From the NCBI GenBank assembly GCA_963709345.1, contig CAVPVX010000002.1:256001-320000 (forward strand): 64,000 nt of DNA, written 5' to 3'. Below are positions 1 to 9,674 of the stretch, piece by piece (positions within the stretch are counted from its first letter, which is position 1; each line of letters begins with the position of its first letter). The DNA comes from an uncultured Actinomycetes bacterium (GTDB taxonomy: Bacteria > Actinomycetota > Thermoleophilia > UBA2241). A program made the position numbers and the translations under genes. The notes beneath the pieces were generated by a model that had not been told where the DNA came from, ran no database searches, and was given only the letters and a program-made list of their open reading frames with translations.

Positions 1-1
1 G

Positions 2-79
2 ATCGAGCACGGCGTCCTCGGCGACCGGCCTGAGACTCCGGGGAGACAGCGGCGCGGAGGCCGCAGGAACAGACGCTGA
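2..79 (+). CDS. Possible 3' end of a CDS entering from the window edge
   Basis: Open frame IEHGVLGDRPETPGRQRRGGRRNRR ends in TGA at 77-79, just before the promoter of the next gene. Too short to identify. Confidence 0.25.
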   Translation: MEHGVLGDRPETPGRQRRGGRRNRR

Positions 80-136
80 AGGCGCAGGCGAGCGGGTCGC
101 GACGCCACGCTCGCGCTCTGTGGTACGGTCGTCTGC

Positions 137-1258
137 TTGGGGTACGACCGGCGCGACTGGGGAGATGAGCCGATCAAGAAGACGATCCGCCACATCATCG
201 TGTTCGTCGTCATCGTGGCGGCTCTGTACCTCCTGCTGCCGCGCCTCGTCGACACCGAGAAGACCTTCGGGTACGTCTCGCGCGCGAGTTACGCCCTGCT
301 GGCGCTGGCGGTCGTCCTCGAGATCTTCGCCCTGCTGGGCTACGCGAACCTCTTCCGCTACATCCTGCGCGTCCTCGACATCCGCCTGCGACTCCACGAG
401 GTCTTCGCGATCACGCTCAGCAGTCTGGCGGTGAGTCACATCTTGTCCGCCGGCGGTGTCGGCGGGTGGGTCGTCACCTACAACTCACTGCTCAAGCGCC
501 GGGTGCCGCACGGCCTCATCTTCGTCGCCATCTCGGCGCAGCAGTTCTTCAACTACATCGTCCTGTGGTTCTTCTTCGCCCTGGCGATGGTCTACCTGGT
601 GCTCGTGCGCGGCGGGCAGTCCATCGCCGGGTACCTGGTCGGCATCATCCTCATCGGCCTGATCCTCTGGCTGACTGTCTACGGCGTCTACCTCTACAAC
701 CACCCGACGCGCATGCGTCTGCGCGTCGCGCAGCTTGCCCGCCTCGTGAACAGGGTGATGCGCCGCGAGGTCGTGGAGGAGCGCCACGTCGACGGGTGGC
801 TCGACAACCTCTTCGTCGGCATGCGCCGCATGACGACCCACCACGGCTCGTTCCGCACCACGCTGCTGTTCGCCTGCGGCTTCTGGTTCTTCGACCTGCT
901 CTGCCTGTGGTGCACGTTCGCGGCCTTCGGCTACACCATCGGCCTCGGCCACCTGCTTGTCGGCTACGTGGTGGCCTACTCGATCGGCACCCTCGCGCCC
1001 ACCCCGGGAGGATTGGGCGCCGTGGAGGGCCTCATGATCGCCCTCTACGCGAGCTTCGGCGTTCCCTCGGCGGTCGCCGTCGCGGTGGTCCTCGTGTACC
1101 GGATCATCAACTTCTGGCTGCCGATCCCGCCGGGCTTCATCGCCTACCTCGTAGTGCGCCCGGGCCGCCGCCGGGTCACCGAAGGCGAGGTCGAGGCGGC
1201 GGCGGGAGAGGCCGGTGCCGAGATCAGCGAGCGGACCCGCCGATCCGGTACACCTTGA
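137..1258 (+). CDS. Lysylphosphatidylglycerol synthase TM-domain / flippase-like membrane protein (UPF0104)
   Basis: Multi-TM protein with the family motif TPGGLGAVEG...AVAVVLVYRIINFWLP. Start uncertain: TTG 137 or ATC 173. Confidence 0.85.
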   Translation: MGYDRRDWGDEPIKKTIRHIIVFVVIVAALYLLLPRLVDTEKTFGYVSRASYALLALAVVLEIFALLGYANLFRYILRVLDIRLRLHEVFAITLSSLAVSHILSAGGVGGWVVTYNSLLKRRVPHGLIFVAISAQQFFNYIVLWFFFALAMVYLVLVRGGQSIAGYLVGIILIGLILWLTVYGVYLYNHPTRMRLRVAQLARLVNRVMRREVVEERHVDGWLDNLFVGMRRMTTHHGSFRTTLLFACGFWFFDLLCLWCTFAAFGYTIGLGHLLVGYVVAYSIGTLAPTPGGLGAVEGLMIALYASFGVPSAVAVAVVLVYRIINFWLPIPPGFIAYLVVRPGRRRVTEGEVEAAAGEAGAEISERTRRSGTP

Positions 1259-2873
1259 GTACCGGCCCGCGCTCGCCGGGACCGGGCCGGAACTCCTTCA
1301 CCAGCTCTGACTCGGCGTCCAGCCTGCGATAGAACTCGGCGGCCACCGGATACACCTCCGCCGCCGCAAGCACGCGCTCGAAGACCGCGCCGCTCACCAC
1401 GACGTACTCCACGCCCTGCGTGCGGAGCGCCGCCAGCTCCCTGGAGCCGTCGGGCGTGGCCGGAGCGGGCAGCTCGAGGCGCGTCACCTGGTAGGCCACC
1501 GCGTCGACCCCCGCGGTACGGTAGTCGGCCGCCGCCTCGGCACCCACGAGCGGCGGGCCGTGGGTCTCAACGGCGATCGACGTGCCCTGCGGCAGGTGCG
1601 TCTCGATCCACTGCTTGGCCACGACACGCATGTCCGGGCCGCTGAGCTCGCGATCGAACTCGATCGAGGCCGCGAGCGGCACGAGGAAGGCGGCGACCAG
1701 GACGGCCACCGCGAGCGGCACGACCGCGCGCCTCGCGCGCGGTCGCAGTCCCACCACTTCCACGATGAAGCGCATCGCGAGGACGATCAGCAGCGGGATG
1801 ATGGGCAGCAGGTAGCGGTCGGCCAGCGCCGTCCACGTCCCGATGTAGATGTAGTACCCGAGGACATACGGCACGACGAGCACGTCGAAGCGCGTACGGC
1901 GCCACAGCGCCCACCCGAGGCCGGCGACGCCCAGCCCCAGAAGGACGACGCCGAGCGCGCCACCGAGGTTCGTCGAGAGGTTGTACCAGAGCCCGTTGCC
2001 GGTGCTCTCGAACCCCAGCCACCCTCGCTCCATGATGCGGTTCTGGCGCACGAAGTCGGAGACGAAGCGCGGCGCGTCGAGCACCACGAACGGAGAGGCG
2101 ACGACGAAGGCGATGAGCATCGGCGCGTAGACACGGCTGGCGACGAGACGGATCCAGACGAATGCCGCGCGCGCGCCTGCGGCCACGCGCCGCGCCGCCT
2201 CCTCGCGGCACACGTACACGGCGGCGACCGTCGCCGGCAGCACCAGCATGCCGAGGTTGTACTTCGTCGACGTGGCCAGACCGGCGGTTACCGCCCCCCA
2301 GACGAGCCAGCGACGCCCGCCGCCGCCGACGGCCCGCTGCAGCAGCGCAAACGCGAGAAGCGAGAGCGCGACCGCCGTGACGTCCGTCACCGCCATGTGG
2401 GAGTAGGCGACGTGGAGCGGCACGACGGCGAGGAACAGGGCGGCGAGCAGGCCGGCCGGGCGGCCGAAGGCGACCCGGCCGAGCCGATACACGAGGTACA
2501 CCGACGCCGTGCCCATCGCCACCGACAGCAGCCGGCCGAGCAGGAAGTACGGGCCAGGGTCGACGACGAAGGCGACCTGCGACAGGAAGTTCCCCTGCCC
2601 CGCCGCCCACCAGACCGGCGCGGCGACGAGGTAAAGGGACCCGACCAGGTAGAAGAAGAAGGACGGATAGAAGAAGAACTGCGGGTTGACGTGCCCGCGC
2701 GCGGCCGCGAACGCCTTGGGGACGACGGTGCTCTCGTCGACGTTCACGAGGCTGTACGGCAGACCCCAGGTCACGCCCTTGAGGCGCAGCGCGAGGGCGA
2801 GCGCGAGCACTGCGAGGAGCAGGACTCCCGCGAGTCCGTGACGGCGCCACGGCCGCGCAACCGCTCGCCTCAC
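1224..2873 (-). CDS. GT-C fold glycosyltransferase (family 39 / ArnT-PMT-like)
   Basis: N-terminal TM then a VDE acidic motif, [20 protein letters not shown] and RYLLP motifs, many TMs. GTG start overlaps the hisI stop (GTGA). Confidence 0.85.
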   Translation of the reverse strand: MRRAVARPWRRHGLAGVLLLAVLALALALRLKGVTWGLPYSLVNVDESTVVPKAFAAARGHVNPQFFFYPSFFFYLVGSLYLVAAPVWWAAGQGNFLSQVAFVVDPGPYFLLGRLLSVAMGTASVYLVYRLGRVAFGRPAGLLAALFLAVVPLHVAYSHMAVTDVTAVALSLLAFALLQRAVGGGGRRWLVWGAVTAGLATSTKYNLGMLVLPATVAAVYVCREEAARRVAAGARAAFVWIRLVASRVYAPMLIAFVVASPFVVLDAPRFVSDFVRQNRIMERGWLGFESTGNGLWYNLSTNLGGALGVVLLGLGVAGLGWALWRRTRFDVLVVPYVLGYYIYIGTWTALADRYLLPIIPLLIVLAMRFIVEVVGLRPRARRAVVPLAVAVLVAAFLVPLAASIEFDRELSGPDMRVVAKQWIETHLPQGTSIAVETHGPPLVGAEAAADYRTAGVDAVAYQVTRLELPAPATPDGSRELAALRTQGVEYVVVSGAVFERVLAAAEVYPVAAEFYRRLDAESELVKEFRPGPGERGPVLKVYRIGGSAR

Positions 2874-3208
2874 CCGGCCTCCGGGTCGGGGCGCGTGACG
2901 GCGGCGGCGTTGGCGGCCTCGTGGAAGCAGCTGACGGCTCCCGTGTGGCACGCGGGCCCGGCGCACTCCACGGTCAGCAGAACCGTGTCGAAATCGCAGT
3001 CGAGCCGCGCCTCGACCACGCGCTGCGTGTTGCCGCTGGTGGCGCCCTTGTGCCAGAGCTCGCGCCGGCTCCGGCTCCAGAAATGCGCCTCGCCGCTGGT
3101 CAGCGTGGCCGCCATCGCCTCGGCGTCGGCGTAGGCGACCATCAGCACCTCACGGCTGCCCGCGGCCTGGACGACGCAGGGGACCAGTCCGTCGGCGTTG
3201 TAGCGCAC
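2870..3208 (-). CDS. hisI: Phosphoribosyl-AMP cyclohydrolase
   Basis: Motifs [31 protein letters not shown] and [11 protein letters not shown]. The true start may be ATC at 3235. Confidence 0.95.
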   Translation of the reverse strand: MRYNADGLVPCVVQAAGSREVLMVAYADAEAMAATLTSGEAHFWSRSRRELWHKGATSGNTQRVVEARLDCDFDTVLLTVECAGPACHTGAVSCFHEAANAAAVTRPDPEAG

Positions 3209-3260
3209 CAGCTTGAGAAAGGCCTCGTGATCGATGATGGTCTCCTCGCTCCCGCCCGGA

Positions 3261-3947
3261 TCAGGCGAGACAGCTCTGCATTATGGCGACACCGGCGCTG
3301 GTACCCACGCGGACGGCGCCGGCGTTGACCATGAGCTCCACGTCGCGCGCGGTCCGGATGCCACCCGACGCCTTGACGCCGATGTGCTCGTCGAGGCAGT
3401 CCCGCAACAACTCGACGTCGGCGACGGTAGCCCCGTGAGGGCCGCAGCCGGTGGACGTCTTCACGAAGTCGACGCCGGCCTCGGTGCAGATCAGGCACGC
3501 GAGGCGCTTCATCTTGTTCGAGAGGTAGCACGTCTCGATGATCGCCTTCACGATGACCTGGCCGCGCCCGCTGTTGACGCCGCGCACGCGGACGGCGCGG
3601 ACCACGCCGGCGAGCTCGTCGCGGACGAGTCCGAACTCGCCGGAGAGGAACGCCGGGACGTTGATGACCACGTCGACCTCGTCGGAGCCGCTCGAGAGGG
3701 CCTCGACCGCCGCCACCGCCTTGACGCGGGGAAGGTCGGCGCCGAACGGGAATGAGACGACCGAGCACACCTTGACGTCGGCGCCCCCCAGAAGCCTCGC
3801 GGCCAGCGGGACGAAGTGCGGGAACACGCAGACGGCGGCGAAGTGGTACTCCGCCGCCTCGGCGCAGAGGCGCTCGACGTCGGCGCTCGTCCCGTCGGCG
3901 CGCAGCAGCGTGTGGTCGATCGTCTTGGCGAGTTCTTCGGGGAGCAC
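3261..3947 (-). CDS. deoC: Deoxyribose-phosphate aldolase
   Basis: Motifs [33 protein letters not shown] and RVGTS. SD GGAGG before GTG 3947. Confidence 0.95.
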   Translation of the reverse strand: MLPEELAKTIDHTLLRADGTSADVERLCAEAAEYHFAAVCVFPHFVPLAARLLGGADVKVCSVVSFPFGADLPRVKAVAAVEALSSGSDEVDVVINVPAFLSGEFGLVRDELAGVVRAVRVRGVNSGRGQVIVKAIIETCYLSNKMKRLACLICTEAGVDFVKTSTGCGPHGATVADVELLRDCLDEHIGVKASGGIRTARDVELMVNAGAVRVGTSAGVAIMQSCLA

Positions 3948-3993
3948 GCCTCGGCCTCCGGGCGGCGGACGACAGAACGGCGAAGCGCCGCCG

Positions 3994-4002
3994 AGTATAC
4001 CA
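3994..4002 (-). promoter_or_regulatory. Extended -10 promoter element (TGgTATACT) for deoC-hisI-GT39
   Basis: TGn-TATACT in the era-deoC gap. Confidence 0.55.
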
Positions 4003-4035
4003 AACCGGGATCCCGCCTCTCCTTGCCCGCTTCCC

Positions 4036-4923
4036 TTACAGCAAGCGCTCGATGTAGCGCTCGTCGCGACGCCAACGCTTGCGCACCTTGACGCGCAGGG
4101 CAAGGAACACATGCACGCCGAGCACCGCCTCGATCTCGTGACGCGCGCCGCTGCCGACAGCCTTGACCACGCGCCCCCCCTTGCCGACCACGATCGCCTT
4201 CTGCGACTCCGTCTCGACGATGAGGCTCGCCTCGATCTCGACGAGCGGACGGTCGCTGCGCTCGGTGATCGAGACGACTTCTGCGGCGATGGCGTGCGGC
4301 ACTTCTTCACGGGTGAGCCGCAGCGCCTGCTCGCGGATGAGCTCGGCGACGAGCAGCTCCAGCGGCTGGTCGCTCCGCTGGCCCTCGGGAAAGTACACGG
4401 GGCCGGGCGGCATCGCCGCCGTGAGACGTGCCAGCACGTCGGCGAGCCCGTCACAGCGGAGCGCCGAGACGGCGAGGACCTCGCGGCCTCCCGAGAGAGC
4501 GCGCGCCTCGTCGAGGCGCGCGCCGAGGCGCGGCCCGTCGACGAGGTCGATCTTGTTGAGGACGAACACGGCGGGCACGCCGGCCGCGGCGACCGACTGG
4601 ACGATGTAGCGGTCGCCGGCGCCGAACTCCTCGGTGGCGTTCAGCAGCACGAGCGCCGCGTCGACCTCACCCAGGGCGTCGTCCACCGTCTTCTGCATGC
4701 GGCGCGTCAGCGAGTCGAACGGCTTCTGGAAGCCGGGCAGGTCGAGCAGCACGACCTGGCAGTCCTCGAGCGTGACCACGCCGGTGATGCGCCGCCTCGT
4801 GGTCTGCGGGTGATCGCTGACGATGCTCACCTTGCGCCCGACGAGCGCGTTGACCAGCGTGGACTTGCCGACGTTGGGGCGGCCGAAGAGGGCGACGAAC
4901 CCGCTGTGAAAGTCGTCAGCCAT
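4036..4923 (-). CDS. era: GTPase Era
   Basis: Motifs GRPNVGKS, PQTTR, DLPG, NKID, EEVPH and a KH-domain VVGKGG. Confidence 0.97.
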   Translation of the reverse strand: MADDFHSGFVALFGRPNVGKSTLVNALVGRKVSIVSDHPQTTRRRITGVVTLEDCQVVLLDLPGFQKPFDSLTRRMQKTVDDALGEVDAALVLLNATEEFGAGDRYIVQSVAAAGVPAVFVLNKIDLVDGPRLGARLDEARALSGGREVLAVSALRCDGLADVLARLTAAMPPGPVYFPEGQRSDQPLELLVAELIREQALRLTREEVPHAIAAEVVSITERSDRPLVEIEASLIVETESQKAIVVGKGGRVVKAVGSGARHEIEAVLGVHVFLALRVKVRKRWRRDERYIERLL

Positions 4924-5329
4924 CGGCCGCGCCGCCGCGCCCCTGGAACGGAGCCGTCAGAAGATCCCGAAGCCGCACGACGCGAACGTCGCCGCCCGTC
5001 TTGGCCACGACCTCCGCATCGCCGAACTCGGCGAGCGCCTGCAGGCACATGCCGCAGGGCAGGCACTCGGAGCCGTCGGCGGCGGCAACCGCCACGTAAC
5101 GCACCTCGCGCTCGCCGAAGACGACCATGGCGGCGAGCGCGGCCCGCTCCGCGCAGAGACCGGCCGGGTACGACGCGTTCTCGACGTTGGCGCCGTGATG
5201 ACTGCGGCCGGACGGCCCTACCACCACGGCCCCAACGGCGAAGCCCGAGTACGGCGCGTAGGCTCGCTCGGCCACGGTGACGGCCTCCTGGAAGAGGATC
5301 CGCTCGGACAGCTCGGGAGCGCGGCTCAT
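4916..5329 (-). CDS. cdd: Cytidine deaminase
   Basis: Motifs AYAPYSGFAVGA, GANVENASY, CAERAA and PCGMC. ATGA coupling to dgkA. Confidence 0.95.
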   Translation of the reverse strand: MSRAPELSERILFQEAVTVAERAYAPYSGFAVGAVVVGPSGRSHHGANVENASYPAGLCAERAALAAMVVFGEREVRYVAVAAADGSECLPCGMCLQALAEFGDAEVVAKTGGDVRVVRLRDLLTAPFQGRGGAADG

Positions 5330-6045
5330 GTCGGGTACCAGATCCTGAAGAGCAGGGCGGTGATGGCGATGCCGAGCGCCGCCCCCACCGCCACCTCCAG
5401 CAGGCTGTGGATGCCGGCCTGGACGCGGCTCTGGGCGACCAGCACCGCGAGGAACAGGGTGATCGCCGAGATCGGCAGCGCGAACGTGGTACTGGCGGCG
5501 ACGAAGGTCACCGCCACCCAGGCGGCGAAAGCGAGTGCCGCGTGCACCGAGGGCAGCCCTCCGCGAAACGCGGTGCCCCGGTGCGTCAGAGCCTTCAGAG
5601 CGATGGCGGCCAGCACGACGATGAAAAGGGCGATCACCGTGATGTCGATCGGCGAGCCGCGCAGCTTGCCGAGGATGGTGTACGGGACGCTGGTGATCTT
5701 GGCGTAGAAGACCAGATACGCGACGACCACCGCATTGACCGTGGCGATGAGCACCGCGCCGGCGGCCACGTCCTTGGCCACCTTGGCGCGCGGGTCGTCC
5801 TGATCGGTGACGAGATCGACGATGTGCTCGATCGCGGTGTTGAACATCTCGGTGATGAGCACGAACGAGATGGCCACGAACAGCGCGATCACCTCCAGGC
5901 GGGTGAGCGCGAAGAACAGGCTGGCGAGCAGCACCAGCGCCGCGATCCCGAAGTGGATCCACATGTTGCGCTCGAAGCGCAACGCGTGGACGATGCCGTC
6001 GAACGCGTAATTGAAGCTGCTGAGCAGACTACCGCGGCGCGACAA
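5326..6045 (-). CDS. dgkA: Diacylglycerol/undecaprenol kinase DgkA fused to a PAP2-like domain
   Basis: N-terminal DgkA motifs (ERNMWIH, EMFNTAIEHIVD, AKDVAAGAVL). C-terminal GLPSVH and SRVQAGIH. Confidence 0.88.
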   Translation of the reverse strand: MSRRGSLLSSFNYAFDGIVHALRFERNMWIHFGIAALVLLASLFFALTRLEVIALFVAISFVLITEMFNTAIEHIVDLVTDQDDPRAKVAKDVAAGAVLIATVNAVVVAYLVFYAKITSVPYTILGKLRGSPIDITVIALFIVVLAAIALKALTHRGTAFRGGLPSVHAALAFAAWVAVTFVAASTTFALPISAITLFLAVLVAQSRVQAGIHSLLEVAVGAALGIAITALLFRIWYPT

Positions 6046-6565
6046 CGAGCCCCTCCCACTCGACCTGTTCGAGCACCTCCGCCTGGCGAAGCGCCATCTG
6101 CCCGGCGTCGACCTCGTGGTCGTACCCGAGGAGGTGAAGCGCGCCGTGGGCGAGAAGGACGGCCAGCTCCAGAGCAGGCGGCAGGTCGTCGGCGCGCGCC
6201 TGGCGAACGGCCTGGCGCGCGCAGATCACGATGTCGCCGAGCAGGCGCGGCGGCCCGTCCGCGGCGGCCGCCGCCTCGTCGGAGGCGCCGCCGGCGCCGG
6301 CCTCCGCCGCAGGCGCGGGGCCTCCGGCGGCCGTCCCCGCCGGCCCGTCGGGCGCATCCTCGAGCGGGAACGAAAGCACATCGGTGACCTCGTCCCTGCC
6401 GCGATGCTCGCGATTGAGGGCACGGATGCGGCGCTCGCCGACGAACTCCACGGCGAGTTCCGCGCCGTGCACGCCCTCCGCGGTCAGCACGGCGGCGACG
6501 AGACGGGCGGCGACATCCTCGTCGACGGTCACGCGGGTCCGGTTGACGACCTCGACCAGGTTCAT
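6029..6565 (-). CDS. ybeY: rRNA maturation RNase YbeY
   Basis: Motifs LNREHR, TDVLSFP, LGDIVI and HGALHLLGYDH. Confidence 0.95.
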   Translation of the reverse strand: MNLVEVVNRTRVTVDEDVAARLVAAVLTAEGVHGAELAVEFVGERRIRALNREHRGRDEVTDVLSFPLEDAPDGPAGTAAGGPAPAAEAGAGGASDEAAAAADGPPRLLGDIVICARQAVRQARADDLPPALELAVLLAHGALHLLGYDHEVDAGQMALRQAEVLEQVEWEGLVVAPR

Positions 6566-7578
6566 CCCTCGTCCTCCCCGTCGCCGGCGCCGGCGGCGTG
6601 ACGCCGGGAGCGCGCCGCACCCACCTTGTCGTCGTGCTCCTTGTACGCATTGACGATGCGCTGCACGAGCTTGTGCCGGACGACATCGTGCCCGTCGAAC
6701 TGCACGACGCCGATGTCGTCGACGTCGTCGAGCACGTCGGCCACGGTCACCAGCCCGGACGTGCGGCTGTGCGGCAGGTCGATCTGCGTGACGTCGCCGG
6801 TGACGACCATCTTGCTGCCGAAGCCGAGCCGCGTGAGGAACATCTTCATCTGCTCCGGTGACGTGTTCTGCGCCTCGTCGAGGATGATGAACGAGTCGTT
6901 GAGCGTGCGCCCGCGCATGAAGGCCAGCGGCGCCACCTCGATCTCACCCTTCTCGATGAGCGCCGCGAGCTTCTCGCCGTCGATCATGTCATAGAGCGCG
7001 TCGAACAGCGGGCGGAAGTACGGGTCGACCTTCTCGCTCACCGTCCCCGGCAGGAAGCCGAGACTCTCCCCCGCCTCGACCGCCGGCCGCGTGAGGATGA
7101 TGCGGCCCACCTGCTTGCCGAAGAACGCGTTCACCGCCATCGCCGTGGCCAGATACGTCTTGCCGGTGCCGGCGGGCCCGATGCCGAAGGTGATCGTGTC
7201 GCGCCGGATGGCGTCGACGTACAGCTTCTGGTTCACGGTGCGCGGGCCGATCTGGCGGCCGCGGTGCGTCCAGATCACGTCGCCGTAGACCTCGCTCGGC
7301 TTGCCCGACGAATTGACGGCGATGTCCATCAGCGACTCGACGATCGCCGGGTTCAGCGGCCGGCCGCCGCGGATCACGGTGAGCAACTCCTCGATGGCCG
7401 CGCGGGCCTTCTCGACCGCCTCGGCCTCCCCCTCGAGGATGAGGACGTTGCCGCGGAGCGTCAGCTTGCAGGCGAGCCTCTGCTCAAGGATCTTGAGGTG
7501 GGCGTCGTGCTCCCCGGCCAGCGCCATGGCGATCTGGTTGCCGTCCAGATCGATGACGGCGCGCGACACCCGGGTCAC
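6562..7578 (-). CDS. phoH: PhoH-family ATPase
   Basis: Motifs GPAGTGKTYLA, RPAVEAGESLGFLPG, MRGRTL, DEAQN and DVVRH. Confidence 0.95.
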   Translation of the reverse strand: MTRVSRAVIDLDGNQIAMALAGEHDAHLKILEQRLACKLTLRGNVLILEGEAEAVEKARAAIEELLTVIRGGRPLNPAIVESLMDIAVNSSGKPSEVYGDVIWTHRGRQIGPRTVNQKLYVDAIRRDTITFGIGPAGTGKTYLATAMAVNAFFGKQVGRIILTRPAVEAGESLGFLPGTVSEKVDPYFRPLFDALYDMIDGEKLAALIEKGEIEVAPLAFMRGRTLNDSFIILDEAQNTSPEQMKMFLTRLGFGSKMVVTGDVTQIDLPHSRTSGLVTVADVLDDVDDIGVVQFDGHDVVRHKLVQRIVNAYKEHDDKVGAARSRRHAAGAGDGEDEG

Positions 7579-7580
7579 GG

Positions 7581-8039
7581 TCAGCCTCCCAACCGGCCGC
7601 GGACCAGGTCGCTGAGCTGCTTGCCGTCGGCACGGCCGGCGACCTTGGGCTTGAGCCAACCCATGACCTTGCCCATGTCGCGCGGGGTCACCGCGTCGGT
7701 AGCCGCGACGGCCTCGTCCACCAAAGCCTCGAGCTCGGCGCCGGTGAGCTCCTCGGGCATGTAGCTCTTCAGGAGTCCCTCCTCGAACCGCTCCCGGTCG
7801 GCGAGGTCGGTGCGTCCCGCCTCGTCGTACAACTCCATCGCCTCCGCACGCCGCTTGCGCTCGCGCTTGAGGACAAGCAGTTCGTCCGCCTCGGTGGGCT
7901 GCCTGCGGCTGTCGATGCGCTCCTTCTTCAGCGCGGCCACGAAGGAGTTGAGCGCCTCGCGACGCTGCTTGTCGCCGGCCTTGAGCGCGGCCGTGGCATC
8001 GTCCTTGATGCGCTGTTCGATGACGCCGAGCTCTCTCAT
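7581..8039 (-). CDS. GatB/YqeY domain protein
   Basis: Motifs ALKAGDK, LKSYMPEEL, DMGKVMG and GRADGK. Confidence 0.92.
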   Translation of the reverse strand: MRELGVIEQRIKDDATAALKAGDKQRREALNSFVAALKKERIDSRRQPTEADELLVLKRERKRRAEAMELYDEAGRTDLADRERFEEGLLKSYMPEELTGAELEALVDEAVAATDAVTPRDMGKVMGWLKPKVAGRADGKQLSDLVRGRLGG

Positions 8040-8377
8040 ACCATGCCTCCCAGCGGTGCCCCGCCGATGATGTGCCAGTGCAGGTGCATGACCTCCTGGC
8101 CGGCGTCGGCGCCGGCGTTGGTGACCACGCGATAGCCGCTCCCGGCCACGCCGGCGGCGCGCGCCGTGGCGGCGATGAAGGCGACGAGACGCCCCGCGAC
8201 ATCGGCGCCCAGGGCGTCGATGTCGTCGAGCGACTCGTGGTGACGCCGGGGGATGACGAGCAGGTGGACCGGGGCGAGCGGTCGCGCGTCGCGGAACGCG
8301 AGGAACTCGTCGTCCTGCGCCACGACGTTCGCCGGGACTTCCCCGGAGGCGATCCTGCAGAAGATGCACTCGCTCAT
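8036..8377 (-). CDS. HIT-family (histidine triad) protein
   Basis: Motifs CIFCRI, HLLVIP and GQEVMHLHWHIIGG. Confidence 0.95.
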   Translation of the reverse strand: MSECIFCRIASGEVPANVVAQDDEFLAFRDARPLAPVHLLVIPRRHHESLDDIDALGADVAGRLVAFIAATARAAGVAGSGYRVVTNAGADAGQEVMHLHWHIIGGAPLGGMV

Positions 8378-8381
8378 CGCG

Positions 8382-9674
8382 TCACTCCTCCACGCTGCCG
8401 GCGACGCCGCCCGGGATCACTGTGTCCGCGACGGCGCCGACCAGCTCGCCGCGCCGCGCGGCCCCGCGCAGTGAATAGCGGATATAGTCCGAACTGTACC
8501 CGTTCCAGAGGCCGTCGCGCCGCTCTTCGACGAGGACCTCGGCCCTTCGCCCCAAGGCACCGCGGCGCGCGGCGCTGGCGGCCGCCGAGGCGGCCTCCAG
8601 CGCGCGGCCCATGCGCTCCTTGGCCAGCGCGGCCGGCACGGGCGGCAACTCCGCCGCCGCCGTCCCCGGCCGCGCCGAGTAGGCGAAGACGTGGACGCGC
8701 CCGAAGAGGCCACTCTCGATGGCCTCCAGCGTGCGCGCGAAGGCGGCTTCGTCCTCTGTCGGGAACCCGACGATCACGTCGGTGCTCAGCATACCGCCGC
8801 CGGGCAGGCGCTGCATGCCGGCGACGGCGGCGAGGTACTGCGCGAACGTGTAGGGACGGCGCATCGCCGCCAGCACGCCGTCGTCGGCCGACTGCAGCGG
8901 TACGTGCAGGTGGCGCGCGACGCGCGGGTGCTCCAGCCACTCCAGCAGCCGGGGAGTGACGTGGCGCGGCTCGAGTGACGAGAGACGGACCCGCCGGAGG
9001 CCGTCCAGCCCGGCGACCGCCTCCACCAGGTCGGGAAGACGCAGGCGGCCATCGCGCCAGGCGCCGAGGTCGATGCCGCTCAGCACCACTTCGCCGCAGC
9101 CGCGCACGAGCCCCCTACGGGCGGTCGCGAGCGCGTCGGCGAGCGGGATGCTGCACGGCTTCCCGCGCACGATCCGCACGACGCAGTAGGTGCAGGAGCC
9201 GGCGCAGCCGTCCTGCACCTTCAGCACCAGCCGGGTGCGCGAGCCGGCGGTCGCCGGCGCGGCGACCACCGGCTTCGGGGTCGCAGCGGCGGCGGAGCCC
9301 GACTGAGCAGCGGACACGGATGAGGCCGGCGGCGATGCTTCCCGCGCCGGCCCGGTGACGAGCCCGGCCGCCAGCGCACCCCAGTCCGGCCGGGGAACGA
9401 CGACCACCCCAGGGCCGGCGAACCGACCGGGGTCGAGCCGGGTGGCGCAACCCGTGGCGACGACCTGCGCGCCGCCCGACGCGACGCGCCGGACGAGACG
9501 GCGCGACTTGCGCTCTGCCTCAGCCGTCACGCAGCACGTGTGGACTACCACAAGGTCTGCGTCGCCACGCGCCGCGGCGACCTCGAGGCCCTGAGCTGCC
9601 AGAGCGGCGAGGGCCTGGTCGCCGTCCGCCTGGCTGATCTTGCAGCCGACGAACACCGCGGCGACCCTGGTCAC
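8382..9674 (-). CDS. mtaB: MiaB/MtaB-family radical SAM methylthiotransferase, probably MtaB
   Basis: UPF0004 cysteines (GCK, TCCVT, TGC), radical SAM motif KVQDGCAGSCTYC, HVPLQS and DVIVGFP. Follows prmA, as mtaB typically does. Confidence 0.82.
   Translation of the reverse strand: MTRVAAVFVGCKISQADGDQALAALAAQGLEVAAARGDADLVVVHTCCVTAEAERKSRRLVRRVASGGAQVVATGCATRLDPGRFAGPGVVVVPRPDWGALAAGLVTGPAREASPPASSVSAAQSGSAAAATPKPVVAAPATAGSRTRLVLKVQDGCAGSCTYCVVRIVRGKPCSIPLADALATARRGLVRGCGEVVLSGIDLGAWRDGRLRLPDLVEAVAGLDGLRRVRLSSLEPRHVTPRLLEWLEHPRVARHLHVPLQSADDGVLAAMRRPYTFAQYLAAVAGMQRLPGGGMLSTDVIVGFPTEDEAAFARTLEAIESGLFGRVHVFAYSARPGTAAAELPPVPAALAKERMGRALEAASAAASAARRGALGRRAEVLVEERRDGLWNGYSSDYIRYSLRGAARRGELVGAVADTVIPGGVAGSVEE

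Noticed and set aside
6250-6360. Ala/Pro/Gly-rich insertions in ybeY (similar ones in mtaB, prmA, hemW and ftsQ) as inteins or mobile inserts
   Set aside because: Short low-complexity loops without splicing motifs or shared sequence, typical of high-GC genomes.
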